Below are positions 10,604-19,650 of a stretch of DNA of 64,000 bases, in pieces. A model generated the notes under the pieces. It saw only the letters and a program-made list of their open reading frames with translations. It did no database searches and had not been told where the DNA came from. Source of the stretch: Rhodospirillales bacterium (GTDB lineage Bacteria; Pseudomonadota; Alphaproteobacteria; JAJFIK01); contig JAJFIK010000056.1 in the NCBI GenBank assembly GCA_021775005.1, positions 27,408-91,407 of the forward strand, given 5' to 3'. Each line of letters begins with the position of its first letter. Position 1 is the stretch's first letter. Made by a program: the position numbers and the translations under genes.

Positions 10604-10707
10604 ACACCTCTTTGCCGCCCATAACCTTCCCCAACGAAACCTTGGCGTGCGCGCCGGGCTCGGCTAACGTGCCGCGCAAATCGCTGACAACAAAGGGAGC
10701 GCAGGTC

Positions 10708-11625
10708 ATGGGTGTTCTAGACGGAAAAGTCATTTTGGTGACCGGTGCCGGTCGCGGCATTGGTAAGGAGTGTGCGCTCTTAGCAGCCCGCGAAGGCGCA
10801 AAGGTTGTCGTCAATGATCTTGGCGGCGGCGTTGGCGGCGGGGATGAAGGCTCGGTTGGCCCTGCGCAAGAAGTAGTCAACGAGATTAAGGCCGCCGGTG
10901 GTGAGGCTGTTTCAAATTCTGATAGCGTGGCGGTCAAAGCTGGCGCTGAGGCGATGATCGAACAAGCCAAGGACACCTTTGGTGGCTTGCACGGCATCAT
11001 CAGCCCCGCCGGTATTTTGCGCGACAAGATGTTTCATAAAATGGACGACGCTGATTGGGATGCGGTGATCAATGTCCACTTGAATGGATCTTATTATATT
11101 ACCCGCGCGGCGATTAATCACTTCCGCGATCAGGAAGACGGCTCGTTCGTTTTGTTCACATCAACGTCGGGCTTGATTGGCAATATCGGCCAGGCCAACT
11201 ACGCCGCCGCGAAAATGGGCATCGCCGGGCTCTCACGCATTATCGCTATGGAAGGCGTACGAAAAAATGTGCGCTCAAACGTCATCGCGCCTTTTGCCTG
11301 GACGCGGATGATTGCGTCCATTCCGGTCAAGGATGAAGAGAGCGCCAAACGCGTGGAGCGCATGAAGAACCTGATGCGTGCCGATCAGGTGGCGCAGCTC
11401 GCCGTTGCGCTTTGCGCCGATGACGCCAAAGACACCTCGGGTCAGATTTTTGCCGTGCGCGGCAATGAAATATTCCTTTTCAATCAACCGCGCCCTATCC
11501 GCTCGTTGGGCAAAGTGGAAGGATGGGCCCCTGACACCATCCTCAACCACGCCCTGCCCGCCCTAAAGGCGTCTTATGAGGATGCGGGGAATTCGGGTTC
11601 CGTATTTCCTTGGGAGCCGATTTAA
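10708..11625 (+). CDS. SDR family oxidoreductase (hydroxyacyl-CoA dehydrogenase-like)
   Basis: Start at ATG 10708 behind AAGGGAG. Contains TGAGRGIG Rossmann motif, NYAAAKMG (YxxxK) and an STSG serine. The track ORF from 10585 is an extension. Confidence 0.8.
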   Translation: MGVLDGKVILVTGAGRGIGKECALLAAREGAKVVVNDLGGGVGGGDEGSVGPAQEVVNEIKAAGGEAVSNSDSVAVKAGAEAMIEQAKDTFGGLHGIISPAGILRDKMFHKMDDADWDAVINVHLNGSYYITRAAINHFRDQEDGSFVLFTSTSGLIGNIGQANYAAAKMGIAGLSRIIAMEGVRKNVRSNVIAPFAWTRMIASIPVKDEESAKRVERMKNLMRADQVAQLAVALCADDAKDTSGQIFAVRGNEIFLFNQPRPIRSLGKVEGWAPDTILNHALPALKASYEDAGNSGSVFPWEPI

Positions 11626-12005
11626 CTCTCGTCGCCTTCAATCAGGTTGCGCCAGGCATAGGAACTGCGCCGGAAGTCATAGCGATCCCTACGCGGCAGC
11701 ACGTCGTGAAAGGCGCGCAACGCGTCGTCACCCGATGCTGCGACCGTGCGGTCAACCGCGCGCGTGACACATGGCACCAACGCCTCCCCGCCCGGTGCAA
11801 AGTTAAACCCTTCCAGGCGGCATTGACGTTCTGCCCGGCGAACAATGTCCGTGTGCACCGCATTCAGATGACGGAGGTCCTGCTCTGTTCGCGGCAATGC
11901 CTGGGGATAGACCGGCTCATCGGCCAACGGCATGGAATCTGTTGTGGACCCACACGCTGCTAACGTGAGCGACGCGGCGAGACCCAGTATCGCTAAATGT
12001 TTCAT
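11622..12005 (-). CDS. Small lipoprotein, function unknown
   Basis: Start at Met19 of the track ORF (MKHLAILGLAASLTLAACGS, lipobox LAAC) behind AAGGAGG. Its stop overlaps the SDR stop (TTAA 11622-11625). Confidence 0.6.
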   Translation of the reverse strand: MKHLAILGLAASLTLAACGSTTDSMPLADEPVYPQALPRTEQDLRHLNAVHTDIVRRAERQCRLEGFNFAPGGEALVPCVTRAVDRTVAASGDDALRAFHDVLPRRDRYDFRRSSYAWRNLIEGDES

Positions 12006-12166
12006 TGCGTCCTCCTTGGGTTGCTCCTTTGCATACAGGCGCAAATGCATAGCCGCCATGTGTCAACAATGTGGCAAGAGTATTGCCATTTCGCCATCTT
12101 GCCTTACATGTGAGGCCAATCACTCACAAAGAGCGGCTGAAGTTTACAGCTGCCAAGGAGTTTCAC

Positions 12167-12862
12167 ATGATCGATGTCCGGCCCTTCTCGAGCCTCGGTA
12201 GGTTTCAAAATGAATGGCTTAATGCCAATCACCATTTTAGCTTTTCTGATTATTACGACCCTAACCGCGTCGAATGGGGCGCGTTGCGGGTGTGGAATGA
12301 TGACACCATAAATGCGGGCACGGGCTTTCCGCGCCATGGTCACAAAGATATGGAAATCATTACCTATGTGCGGAGCGGTGCGATCACCCACCGCGACAGC
12401 CTTGGTAATGAAGGCAAAACTAGCGCTGGCGATGTACAAGTCATGTCGGCAGGTTCTGGCATTATGCATGAGGAGTGGAACCAAGAGGGCGAAGACACCA
12501 CGCTCTTCCAGATTTGGATTCACCCGTCAAACCCTGGTGGTGCCCCGCGATGGGATGCTGGGCAATTTCCCAAGGGTGACCGCGCGGGCAAGTTGGAAGT
12601 TCTGGCTTCAGGCCGCTCGAACAATGGCGCGTTAGCGATCCGCGCCGATGCGGACCTTCTTGCCGGTACGCTTAACCCTGGCGATGAAGTAACCTATGAT
12701 CCCGAAGCGGGGCGGCACCTTTATCTCGTTCCCGCCACCGGAAAAATCACCGTCAATGGGGTCGAGCTGTCTGCTCGAGATGGGGCGGCCATCAAGGACG
12801 AAGATCGCCTTGTTATCCGCGCCCTCGAAGAAAGCGAAATCATCCTGGTGGACAGTCGCTAA
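12167..12862 (+). CDS. Pirin family protein
   Basis: Start at ATG 12167 behind AAGGAG. NHHFSFSDYYDP, GFPRHGHKDMEIITYV and SAGSGIMHEEWN are cupin/pirin-type metal-site motifs. Confidence 0.8.
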   Translation: MIDVRPFSSLGRFQNEWLNANHHFSFSDYYDPNRVEWGALRVWNDDTINAGTGFPRHGHKDMEIITYVRSGAITHRDSLGNEGKTSAGDVQVMSAGSGIMHEEWNQEGEDTTLFQIWIHPSNPGGAPRWDAGQFPKGDRAGKLEVLASGRSNNGALAIRADADLLAGTLNPGDEVTYDPEAGRHLYLVPATGKITVNGVELSARDGAAIKDEDRLVIRALEESEIILVDSR

Positions 12863-13326
12863 GCGAACCAATTTGTGGATGGGACTTTGCCATGGCAAAG
12901 CTCATTCACTCTATTTTTGGTGCCAATCGTTGTGCCATCCGGCAAGGCATTTGGCGGGAAAAATCCAGCCCCGGCGATTTCCCAATTGGGGCTGAGATCG
13001 AACGAGGCGACGTTCACCCGGAACAGCATGATGTGATCTGATTTGCCCCGGTGGGGTGCGAAATAGACCGATGTCAGTTCCGGGGTGCCGACGACCGCCA
13101 ATCCCAACTCCTCGAAAACCTCCCGCGCTACCGCTTCTGCTGTGGTTTCATTTCGCGCGACGCCGCCGCCGGGCAGGTGCCACCCCGCCACATAGGAGTG
13201 GCGCACAAGCAAAATCTGCTGGTCATCATCGAAGATGGCGGCTTTGACCCCAAGCGTCACCGGGCGCCGCACCCTGGTCCAGATTCCAATAATCCAATGG
13301 ATCAATTTAAGAACTAAGGCGCGCAT
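12859..13326 (-). CDS. Nudix hydrolase
   Basis: 155-aa ORF with Nudix box GGGVARNETTAEAVAREVFEELG. It is convergent with the pirin gene and shares a 4-nt stop overlap. Confidence 0.8.
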   Translation of the reverse strand: MRALVLKLIHWIIGIWTRVRRPVTLGVKAAIFDDDQQILLVRHSYVAGWHLPGGGVARNETTAEAVAREVFEELGLAVVGTPELTSVYFAPHRGKSDHIMLFRVNVASFDLSPNWEIAGAGFFPPNALPDGTTIGTKNRVNELCHGKVPSTNWFA

Positions 13327-13423
13327 TTAGCGTTCGTTAACCTGCCGATTTAACCGGTTGTTGAAGCTCCCAACTGCATCATGCTGCCAGGGCTGAAAAA
13401 CACTATGGCACATTTCAGCACCA

Positions 13424-14122
13424 ATGGGACCGAGGGACATGTTCGGATTAGGAAAATCAACTTCGCAGACGGCGCAAAAGCCCTCACAGCCACGTCGGCG
13501 CGCTGATAAAAACGCTACCAGCGGAGAATTTGCTGTGCTGGCGGCGCTGCACAATGCCGCGCGGCGGTCATCGCCTCGTCGCGCTGGTGTTCGCGCTCAA
13601 ATTGCTCGCGCTATTGCGATTGTGGAGTCTGCGACAATGGGCCTGTGCCTTATTCGCGAACTCATTGATGAGAGCGAGGGCCTTTGTCGCTCCGCTTTGG
13701 AATCTGATGTGCCAGCTAAACGCGCACTCATTGCCGAACGCTATGATATGGTTCTCAAAGAGATAAACGCCATTGCCAAGGCCACTGGCCATAGCGGCGT
13801 TCATCTTATCGACGAATCAAATTCCACCATCACCGTTCGCGTCGTTGACGGCCAAAACATTTGCCTGAGTTTGCCGCATGTGGTTTTGACATCAAGCGCG
13901 CGCGGATTGGCGATGCCCAAAGCGGCAAAAGCCTTCGCATCTGATACCAACCTTCGCACTCTTGGCGATCACCTGGAGCTTGCCCGGGCTCGCCTTGACG
14001 ACGCGGCAACGCTGTTTCGCGATCATGCATCAGACTTATCAAAGCGGCTTGCATTCGTTCTTAACGGTACGGTGATGAACGGCGAAGACTTAAACAAAGC
14101 TGGCACCAACGCCGCGCGGTAA
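13424..14122 (+). CDS. Hypothetical protein, possibly a short divergent flagellin-like helical protein
   Basis: 232-aa ORF with a basic, low-complexity N-terminus. The middle block (ERYDMVLKEINAIAKATGHSGVHLIDESNSTITVRV) loosely resembles the flagellin N-domain pattern EF..l..EI.ria..t.fnG..lL. This is eyeballed only. Confidence 0.4.
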   Translation: MGPRDMFGLGKSTSQTAQKPSQPRRRADKNATSGEFAVLAALHNAARRSSPRRAGVRAQIARAIAIVESATMGLCLIRELIDESEGLCRSALESDVPAKRALIAERYDMVLKEINAIAKATGHSGVHLIDESNSTITVRVVDGQNICLSLPHVVLTSSARGLAMPKAAKAFASDTNLRTLGDHLELARARLDDAATLFRDHASDLSKRLAFVLNGTVMNGEDLNKAGTNAAR

Positions 14123-14261
14123 CGGGATTGGATCAATCCGGTTGATGCAGAAAATTACCCGCGCAATCAAATATTATCATGCTCAACCCGGTGTCGCTTT
14201 GCAATTGGAGACCGATTAGCTTGTAGAATCTGATTGATATTTCACGGTCGCTTACACGAAT

Positions 14262-14276
14262 GTCCATGAGATCGAC
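14262..14276. promoter_or_regulatory. Imperfect inverted repeat GTCCAT-GAG-ATCGAC upstream of the diiron oxygenase gene
   Basis: Read directly. It loosely resembles the GTC...GAC palindrome at 15544-15559, but the spacing differs. Confidence 0.2.
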
Positions 14277-14359
14277 TTTCTCAATGTCCAACGCTAGAAT
14301 GACGCCCAATTGGAAAGCAGATTTCTCGTCACCGACACCGCACCTACAGGGGCCCTGAA

Positions 14360-15493
14360 ATGACAAAACTTCGCGCCGACGGCAACATTACAGTTGATGC
14401 TGCGTATGAAGCAGCAGACCCGGAAGACTTTGCCTCCATGATCGAGGTTGATCGATACGGCGCCCGCTCAACAGCGTTTGATAAAATCATTTCTGCCACC
14501 CATGACCATTTCTGGGATCCGCTGGACAAGAAGTATATTGATTTCGATCAGCCGTTTGATTTGGAAAACGAATACATTATTGACCCCGATCAAGATGTTG
14601 ATCTCGCCACTGCCGTCAATGACAAGCTGGATGAAAAAAACAAAATCAAACTTGTGAACTTGAATATGTGGTGGGGGCTTTCATCCATATTGCATGGCGA
14701 GCAAGGGGCGCTGTCTCTGTCCGCATCGCTGGTGCATATTTTGAAAGATCCCGGCGCGCAGGAATATGCCGCCAATCAAACCCGCGAAGAAGCCCGTCAC
14801 GTCACCGCTTATGCCACATATGTGCAAACCCGCTGGGGTAAGCCCATTGTCTGTGGCCCCGCACTCAGCGGGCTTCTGACGGAACTGGTGGGCTCCAAGC
14901 TGGTCTGGAAGAAACTCGTAGGCATGCAAATGATGATCGAAGGCCTCGCCATGGGTGCTTTTGCCATGAACTACAGTTACGGGCGCGATCCGCTTTTGGT
15001 GAAGTTGAGCCAGCTGGTGATGACCGACGAAGCCTTCCACCATAAGTTTGGGAAAATCTGGGCTGACCGCACAGTCCCCAATCTGCCGGAAGACGAGCGT
15101 GTTCTGATTGAGGACTGGGCCTGGAAGGTGTTTGAGGTGCTGCTTTATAACCTCGCCAGTCCTGAGCAAAAGAAAGACATCTACGCCCAAGTGGGTCTGG
15201 ACTGGGAGTGGGTCCAAGGGGCGTTTATGGAGGCCATGACGGACAGCAATATTCGCGAGCGCTTGCAAGACCGCAACAATATCTTCCGAGTCCTCATCAA
15301 GACGCTGGTGAAAGCCGGCATCATCACCGACCGCACCGCTGGCAACTACGCCGCCTTTATCGACATGAAAGAGCTTTATGCCGAGAGCGACCACATGGTG
15401 GGGGACGATATTGCCGAGGAAGGCATCAAGTACCTCCTCGGGCTGAATAATACCGGTGGCAACCCGCTGACGCCGAGCCAAGCAGCAGAATAG
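14360..15493 (+). CDS. Ferritin-like diiron oxygenase (AurF / p-aminobenzoate N-oxygenase-like)
   Basis: 377-aa ORF. Two ExxH motifs (REEARHV and TDEAFHH) plus intervening glutamates (HGEQGAL, MIEGLAMG), as in four-helix-bundle diiron oxygenases. Confidence 0.65.
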   Translation: MTKLRADGNITVDAAYEAADPEDFASMIEVDRYGARSTAFDKIISATHDHFWDPLDKKYIDFDQPFDLENEYIIDPDQDVDLATAVNDKLDEKNKIKLVNLNMWWGLSSILHGEQGALSLSASLVHILKDPGAQEYAANQTREEARHVTAYATYVQTRWGKPIVCGPALSGLLTELVGSKLVWKKLVGMQMMIEGLAMGAFAMNYSYGRDPLLVKLSQLVMTDEAFHHKFGKIWADRTVPNLPEDERVLIEDWAWKVFEVLLYNLASPEQKKDIYAQVGLDWEWVQGAFMEAMTDSNIRERLQDRNNIFRVLIKTLVKAGIITDRTAGNYAAFIDMKELYAESDHMVGDDIAEEGIKYLLGLNNTGGNPLTPSQAAE

Positions 15494-15543
15494 GTACGTC
15501 CTGGGGCTGTTTTTGCCTCAACCTTGCTTTTTGGACTAAATTC

Positions 15544-15559
15544 GTCTATATGAATAGAC
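15544..15559. promoter_or_regulatory. Perfect inverted repeat GTCTAT-ATGA-ATAGAC, candidate HutC/PhnF-type operator
   Basis: Read directly, about 45 nt upstream of the GntR-family gene start. HutC-subfamily operators are typically GT-rich palindromes of the GTCTA/TAGAC type. Confidence 0.5.
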
Positions 15560-15602
15560 CTCCCAGGTACGGTGCTTGGGGGCTTGGTCTATGGAGCACC
15601 CA

Positions 15603-16337
15603 ATGAGTGAGGCGAATACGCCCATTGAGCGACGCAGCGGCATCTCCCTCTGGCGTCAGATCGCTCAACACCTGCGCAATGACATCGAGAGCGGTGCCCT
15701 ATCAAGCGGCGTCAAGCTGCCGACAGAGCCCGAGCTTGCCAAACGCTTTGGGGTCAATCGCCACACGGTGCGCCGCGCGGTGAGTGTGTTGCAGGATGGC
15801 GGGCTGGTTAGTGTTGAGCAGGGCCGGGGCACCTTCGTGCGCGAATGGGCCGATGGACATACCCTCACCAACCGCAGCAAACTATTCAAAGCGCCAGAAC
15901 AAGACGCCGCCGACAGCGGTGAGACCTTGGCGCTATCACACATTCCAGCGGAACCGCGCGTAGCGGCCGCCTTGCGGTTGCGACCAGGCGACGAGGTTAT
16001 TCAACTTGATCTGGTCAGTGTGATCGACCATCGCCCTGTGAGCCTTGCGTCCCATTATATTCCCGCCAAGCGTTTCAAGGGATTTGAGAAAGCCTTTAAG
16101 CGGACCCACTCGGTGGAAGAAGCGCTCAAGAAATGCGGCGTGAAAGGCCTCTCCCACGGACGCACCAAGGTGAGCGCAAGCTTGCCAAACCCCGCCGAGG
16201 CCAAGGTTCTCCGCTTGCCCAAGGGCCAACCGTTGGTGGTGGCAGAGAATGTCACGGTGGATCTCAAGGGCAATCCAGTAGATTTTACCATCGCGCGCAG
16301 TGCGGGAGGCCGCACGACCTTGGTATTTGAGGCCTGA
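15603..16337 (+). CDS. GntR family transcriptional regulator, HutC/PhnF subfamily (UTRA domain)
   Basis: Winged-HTH region LPTEPELAKRFGVNRHTVRRAVSVLQDGGLVSVEQGRGTFV followed by a UTRA-like C-terminal domain. ATG 15603 sits behind GGAG. The track ORF starts at TTG 15576. Confidence 0.8.
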   Translation: MSEANTPIERRSGISLWRQIAQHLRNDIESGALSSGVKLPTEPELAKRFGVNRHTVRRAVSVLQDGGLVSVEQGRGTFVREWADGHTLTNRSKLFKAPEQDAADSGETLALSHIPAEPRVAAALRLRPGDEVIQLDLVSVIDHRPVSLASHYIPAKRFKGFEKAFKRTHSVEEALKKCGVKGLSHGRTKVSASLPNPAEAKVLRLPKGQPLVVAENVTVDLKGNPVDFTIARSAGGRTTLVFEA

Positions 16338-16440
16338 TTTACCGCATTTTAGAAGGGTCAATTGGCCAGAACAGCTGGGCAGGCTACACTCCGCGCCGAG
16401 GAAATAATGTGTTGCGTATTATGTCGTGGGAGGGGATCCC

Positions 16441-18123
16441 GTGCGTAAAGTATTAGGGCTAGCGGCATTGTTGCTGATGCCAGGCACGGCACAGGCCGAT
16501 TCGGTTATAACCGCATACCTGGAAACGATTATTCCCCATATGGACGAGTATGTGCCCGAGCCCACCTTGGCGGCGCGCGGTATGGCTTTGACCTTCACTG
16601 CGGCCTATGACGCCTGGGCCGCATATGATGAAGATGCAGTGGGCGTGGTCAGCGGCAATCTGCTCGACGGCACCGGCGGCGGCCCCAGTGATGGCAACCG
16701 GGAAACGGCCATTCTTTACGCAATGGTCACGGTGCAATACGGCATTACTGGCAAACAAAACGCGCTCTGGAATGGCCTAGGCCGCATGGGCTATGGACAA
16801 AACAATCAATCAGCGGCGGCAATTCTTGGGCGACGCATTGGCGCTGCCGTGCTTGCCTCCCGTCGTCAGGACGGCTCCAACCAGCCCGGCCAATACGACG
16901 ACACAAGTCATTACATGATTGCGCCGGTTGATGACTTTCGAAGCTGGCAGCCCGATATCATCGACCGCATGACGCAAGAACCGCTTACACCGCATTGGGG
17001 CCGTGTGCTGCCTTTTGCCCTTGCCGATGCCCAAAGTTTTCGTGCGGCCCCGCCGCCAGAACCTGGCACGCCAGAATTTGAAGCCCAGGTCGCTGAGGTG
17101 CTTGAAATATCTGCAAACCTCAACGCCAAACAAAAGGCCATTGCGGAGTATTGGAATCCCAATCGCTGGTCCACGCCAGCAACGCAACTCAGTGATATAT
17201 CCCGCGATATCTCAATGCGGGAAGGCCTATCGCTTGCAGACGATGTGCAGATGTTTTTCATCATTGGGAACGCCATGATGGACGCCGGCATTGCCGCGTG
17301 GGATTCCAAATACCACTACAATTATGTCCGCCCCCTTACGGTGATCCAGCGCATGGGCGATGTAGAAGTTACCGCCTATAACTATCGCACCAATCAGCGT
17401 GGCCAAATGCGAGCGCGCAATTGGGAGCCTTACTTGGAAACCCCGCCCTTCCCCGAATATGTCTCCGGCCACAGTGCCTTTACCGCGGCTTGGGCGCGCG
17501 CCATGGCATTGTTTATGGGTACAGACCAATTCGATTACACCGGCCGCGTCTATTATTTGAGCGAGGAAAATTCAGCGCGGCTGTTTGAGCCCTATGAGCT
17601 CCACTTCGAGACCTATTGGGATGCCGCTGAGTCCAGCGGCATGTCACGCCTCTATGGCGGGATTCATTGGATGGGGGGCAATCGCGCCGGGTTGGAAATG
17701 GGCCGCCCCATCGGAGAATTGGCTTACGCGCGCGCGCAGAGCTATTTCGACGGCTCGGCTATGTCAGCAACGGCGGTGTTGGCCAGCACGGAATCGCAAT
17801 ACTGGCAAAGCATGGACAGCGCCGGGCGCATGAGCGCTGTGATCGACCCCATTCCGGTCGGCCGATACGCCGTTTCCGCTCAATTGCAGCCCATGGATGC
17901 TGCCACCGCGCGAGGTCCGGCGCGCATGACGGTGCGGGCCGGTGATGGCTCCAACCGTATTCTTGGGATCCATGATGAGAGCAATCGCGGCGCCAGCGCC
18001 TCCCCTTGGGTCACACTGGCGTGGCGGAGCACTGGCACAGAGCCGTATTATGTGACAATTGAGCCCCTTAACGCCGAAGAACCATTTCAGGTTGTTCAGA
18101 TTTATCAAGTCCGCGTGAACTAA
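16441..18123 (+). CDS. Secreted PAP2-superfamily protein, vanadium-dependent haloperoxidase-like
   Basis: Signal peptide (V)RKVLGLAALLLMPGTAQA starting at GTG 16441 behind GGGAGGGG. Motifs: K-x6-RP (KYHYNYVRP), SGH (YVSGHSAF) and R-x5-H (SRLYGGIHW). The terminal xxxD of acid phosphatases is absent. An extra C-terminal domain of about 130 aa is present. Confidence 0.7.
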   Translation: MRKVLGLAALLLMPGTAQADSVITAYLETIIPHMDEYVPEPTLAARGMALTFTAAYDAWAAYDEDAVGVVSGNLLDGTGGGPSDGNRETAILYAMVTVQYGITGKQNALWNGLGRMGYGQNNQSAAAILGRRIGAAVLASRRQDGSNQPGQYDDTSHYMIAPVDDFRSWQPDIIDRMTQEPLTPHWGRVLPFALADAQSFRAAPPPEPGTPEFEAQVAEVLEISANLNAKQKAIAEYWNPNRWSTPATQLSDISRDISMREGLSLADDVQMFFIIGNAMMDAGIAAWDSKYHYNYVRPLTVIQRMGDVEVTAYNYRTNQRGQMRARNWEPYLETPPFPEYVSGHSAFTAAWARAMALFMGTDQFDYTGRVYYLSEENSARLFEPYELHFETYWDAAESSGMSRLYGGIHWMGGNRAGLEMGRPIGELAYARAQSYFDGSAMSATAVLASTESQYWQSMDSAGRMSAVIDPIPVGRYAVSAQLQPMDAATARGPARMTVRAGDGSNRILGIHDESNRGASASPWVTLAWRSTGTEPYYVTIEPLNAEEPFQVVQIYQVRVN

Positions 18124-18208
18124 ACGCATTGTAACGTGAGCACCGCTCAAAGGCTGATTAGCTATAGTCCTGACAGGTTTGGGACCGTAAGAGCTGAGGG
18201 AGAGTTTA

Positions 18209-18889
18209 ATGCCGTCTCATGTAGACAATTTTGATTTTGCGAGCGTGCGAAAATTTGCAGTAGCCGCCGCCATTGCTGCCGGGGTCGCGCTTATGCCGGT
18301 AACTGCGTCCGCCTTCATGCGGACTGTCAATGACGCGGAACTAGCCGACCTCGAGGTGATCGAGGATAGCGGGTATGTTGAGCATTACGAGCATCCAAAC
18401 CTTGGTGGATTCGCCTTCACCGGTATTTATCTGGCTCCGGTTTCAAATGATATCGACGACCATGAAATCTATCAACGCTTTGTTCGGCCCGAGTATTTCG
18501 ACGCCCTGGCAGTCGATTTCTATGATCGCCTTTACGCGGCACTTGAGCCCACGGGTCTTTTGACCGACACCCCTACGGCGACGTCTCTCATCATCGAAAC
18601 TTCGCTGATGGAAGTTGAGGAATATGACGAATGGACCACTGGCACCAATCTGTCAGGCTCATTGCCGCAAAACCGAATTCGCGGGGGCGCTTTCATGGAA
18701 ATGCGTTGGTATGCCGAAGAAGGCAACACGCTGGTCCTGGCTTTGCGGGATGGGCGCCAATTTAATGGCTATGACGACGTAACAGATCGCCGAGATCGAT
18801 TTACCGATGCCAAGGATGTATTTGACCTTTGGGCCGCAGATTTGGCTGGGTTTTTCGGTATCCAGCAGGATGCATCTCTCACAAATTAG
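18209..18889 (+). CDS. Secreted DUF3313-like protein (paralogue 1)
   Basis: 226-aa ORF with signal peptide AVAAAIAAGVALMPVTASA. The C-terminal pattern GGAFMEMRWYAEEGNTLVLALRDGR...DAKDVFDLWAADLAGFF resembles my memory of DUF3313. Confidence 0.5.
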   Translation: MPSHVDNFDFASVRKFAVAAAIAAGVALMPVTASAFMRTVNDAELADLEVIEDSGYVEHYEHPNLGGFAFTGIYLAPVSNDIDDHEIYQRFVRPEYFDALAVDFYDRLYAALEPTGLLTDTPTATSLIIETSLMEVEEYDEWTTGTNLSGSLPQNRIRGGAFMEMRWYAEEGNTLVLALRDGRQFNGYDDVTDRRDRFTDAKDVFDLWAADLAGFFGIQQDASLTN

Positions 18890-18954
18890 AGAGATTTCCA
18901 CCACCTGATGACACGGGGCCTCGACGGGACCCTATGATCGGACTATCTTTGAGG

Positions 18955-18989
18955 CGAGACCGTCAGTTCGAGGGTCTCACCCCTTTTTT
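18955..18989 (+). terminator. Rho-independent terminator
   Basis: Stem GAGACC (18956-18961) / GGTCTC (18973-18978) followed by ACCCC and a T6 run (18984-18989). Confidence 0.7.
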
Positions 18990-19091
18990 GTCGGCGCCGC
19001 ATGCGTTTTCGCCGCCAAAGGGATTAGTGGGGGGACCCAACCCGCGAGGCCAACGATTATCGATGGCCTCACGTCGCGAATGGAGGTCCGC

Positions 19092-19649
19092 ATGATACGA
19101 CCCTTATTGATTGCCAGCTTTGCGTTTATGTTGCCGCTTGGTGCGTTCGCCGCACCGAATACTGACGGCCTTGCGCGCATGGAAAATGGCTCATTTGATC
19201 AAGTCTATGTTCGAGATGGCTGGACAATGCCCAATGATTTGTCTTTGGCATCTGTAAACCTGAATGTCGGCACGCCATTGCAAGAAAGCATTATGGGTAC
19301 ACGTGATCTGGAAAGATTGCGCAGCACCTTTGAAGATGATTTGCGTGATGCAACCGTTGCCGATGGGACGGTTTCGCTGGAAGTCACACTAACCGAGCTT
19401 ATTCCCAACCGGGTATTGGCGGGGCGCAGTTCGCGCTACCAAGGCTATCACGAATCTTTTGGCATCGGTGGCGCCGCCATGGAAGCGGTATTCAGGGATG
19501 CAAGCACAGGTGAAGTTCTGATGGTCATTGTTGATCGTCGCCGGGGTAGATCGCTCAACCAAAACTTTCATATGCAATCGCGCCGCGTTTGGGGTGATGC
19601 AGATGACATATTGGAAGATTGGGCGAGCGAGTTACCGCAAGGGCTTTAA
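19092..19649 (+). CDS. Secreted DUF3313-like protein (paralogue 2)
   Basis: ATG 19092 behind GGAGG. Signal peptide MIRPLLIASFAFMLPLGAFAAP. GGAAMEAVFRDASTGEVLMVIVDRRRG...WGDADDILEDWASEL parallels the C-terminus of the upstream protein. Confidence 0.55.
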   Translation: MIRPLLIASFAFMLPLGAFAAPNTDGLARMENGSFDQVYVRDGWTMPNDLSLASVNLNVGTPLQESIMGTRDLERLRSTFEDDLRDATVADGTVSLEVTLTELIPNRVLAGRSSRYQGYHESFGIGGAAMEAVFRDASTGEVLMVIVDRRRGRSLNQNFHMQSRRVWGDADDILEDWASELPQGL

Positions 19650-19650
19650 A

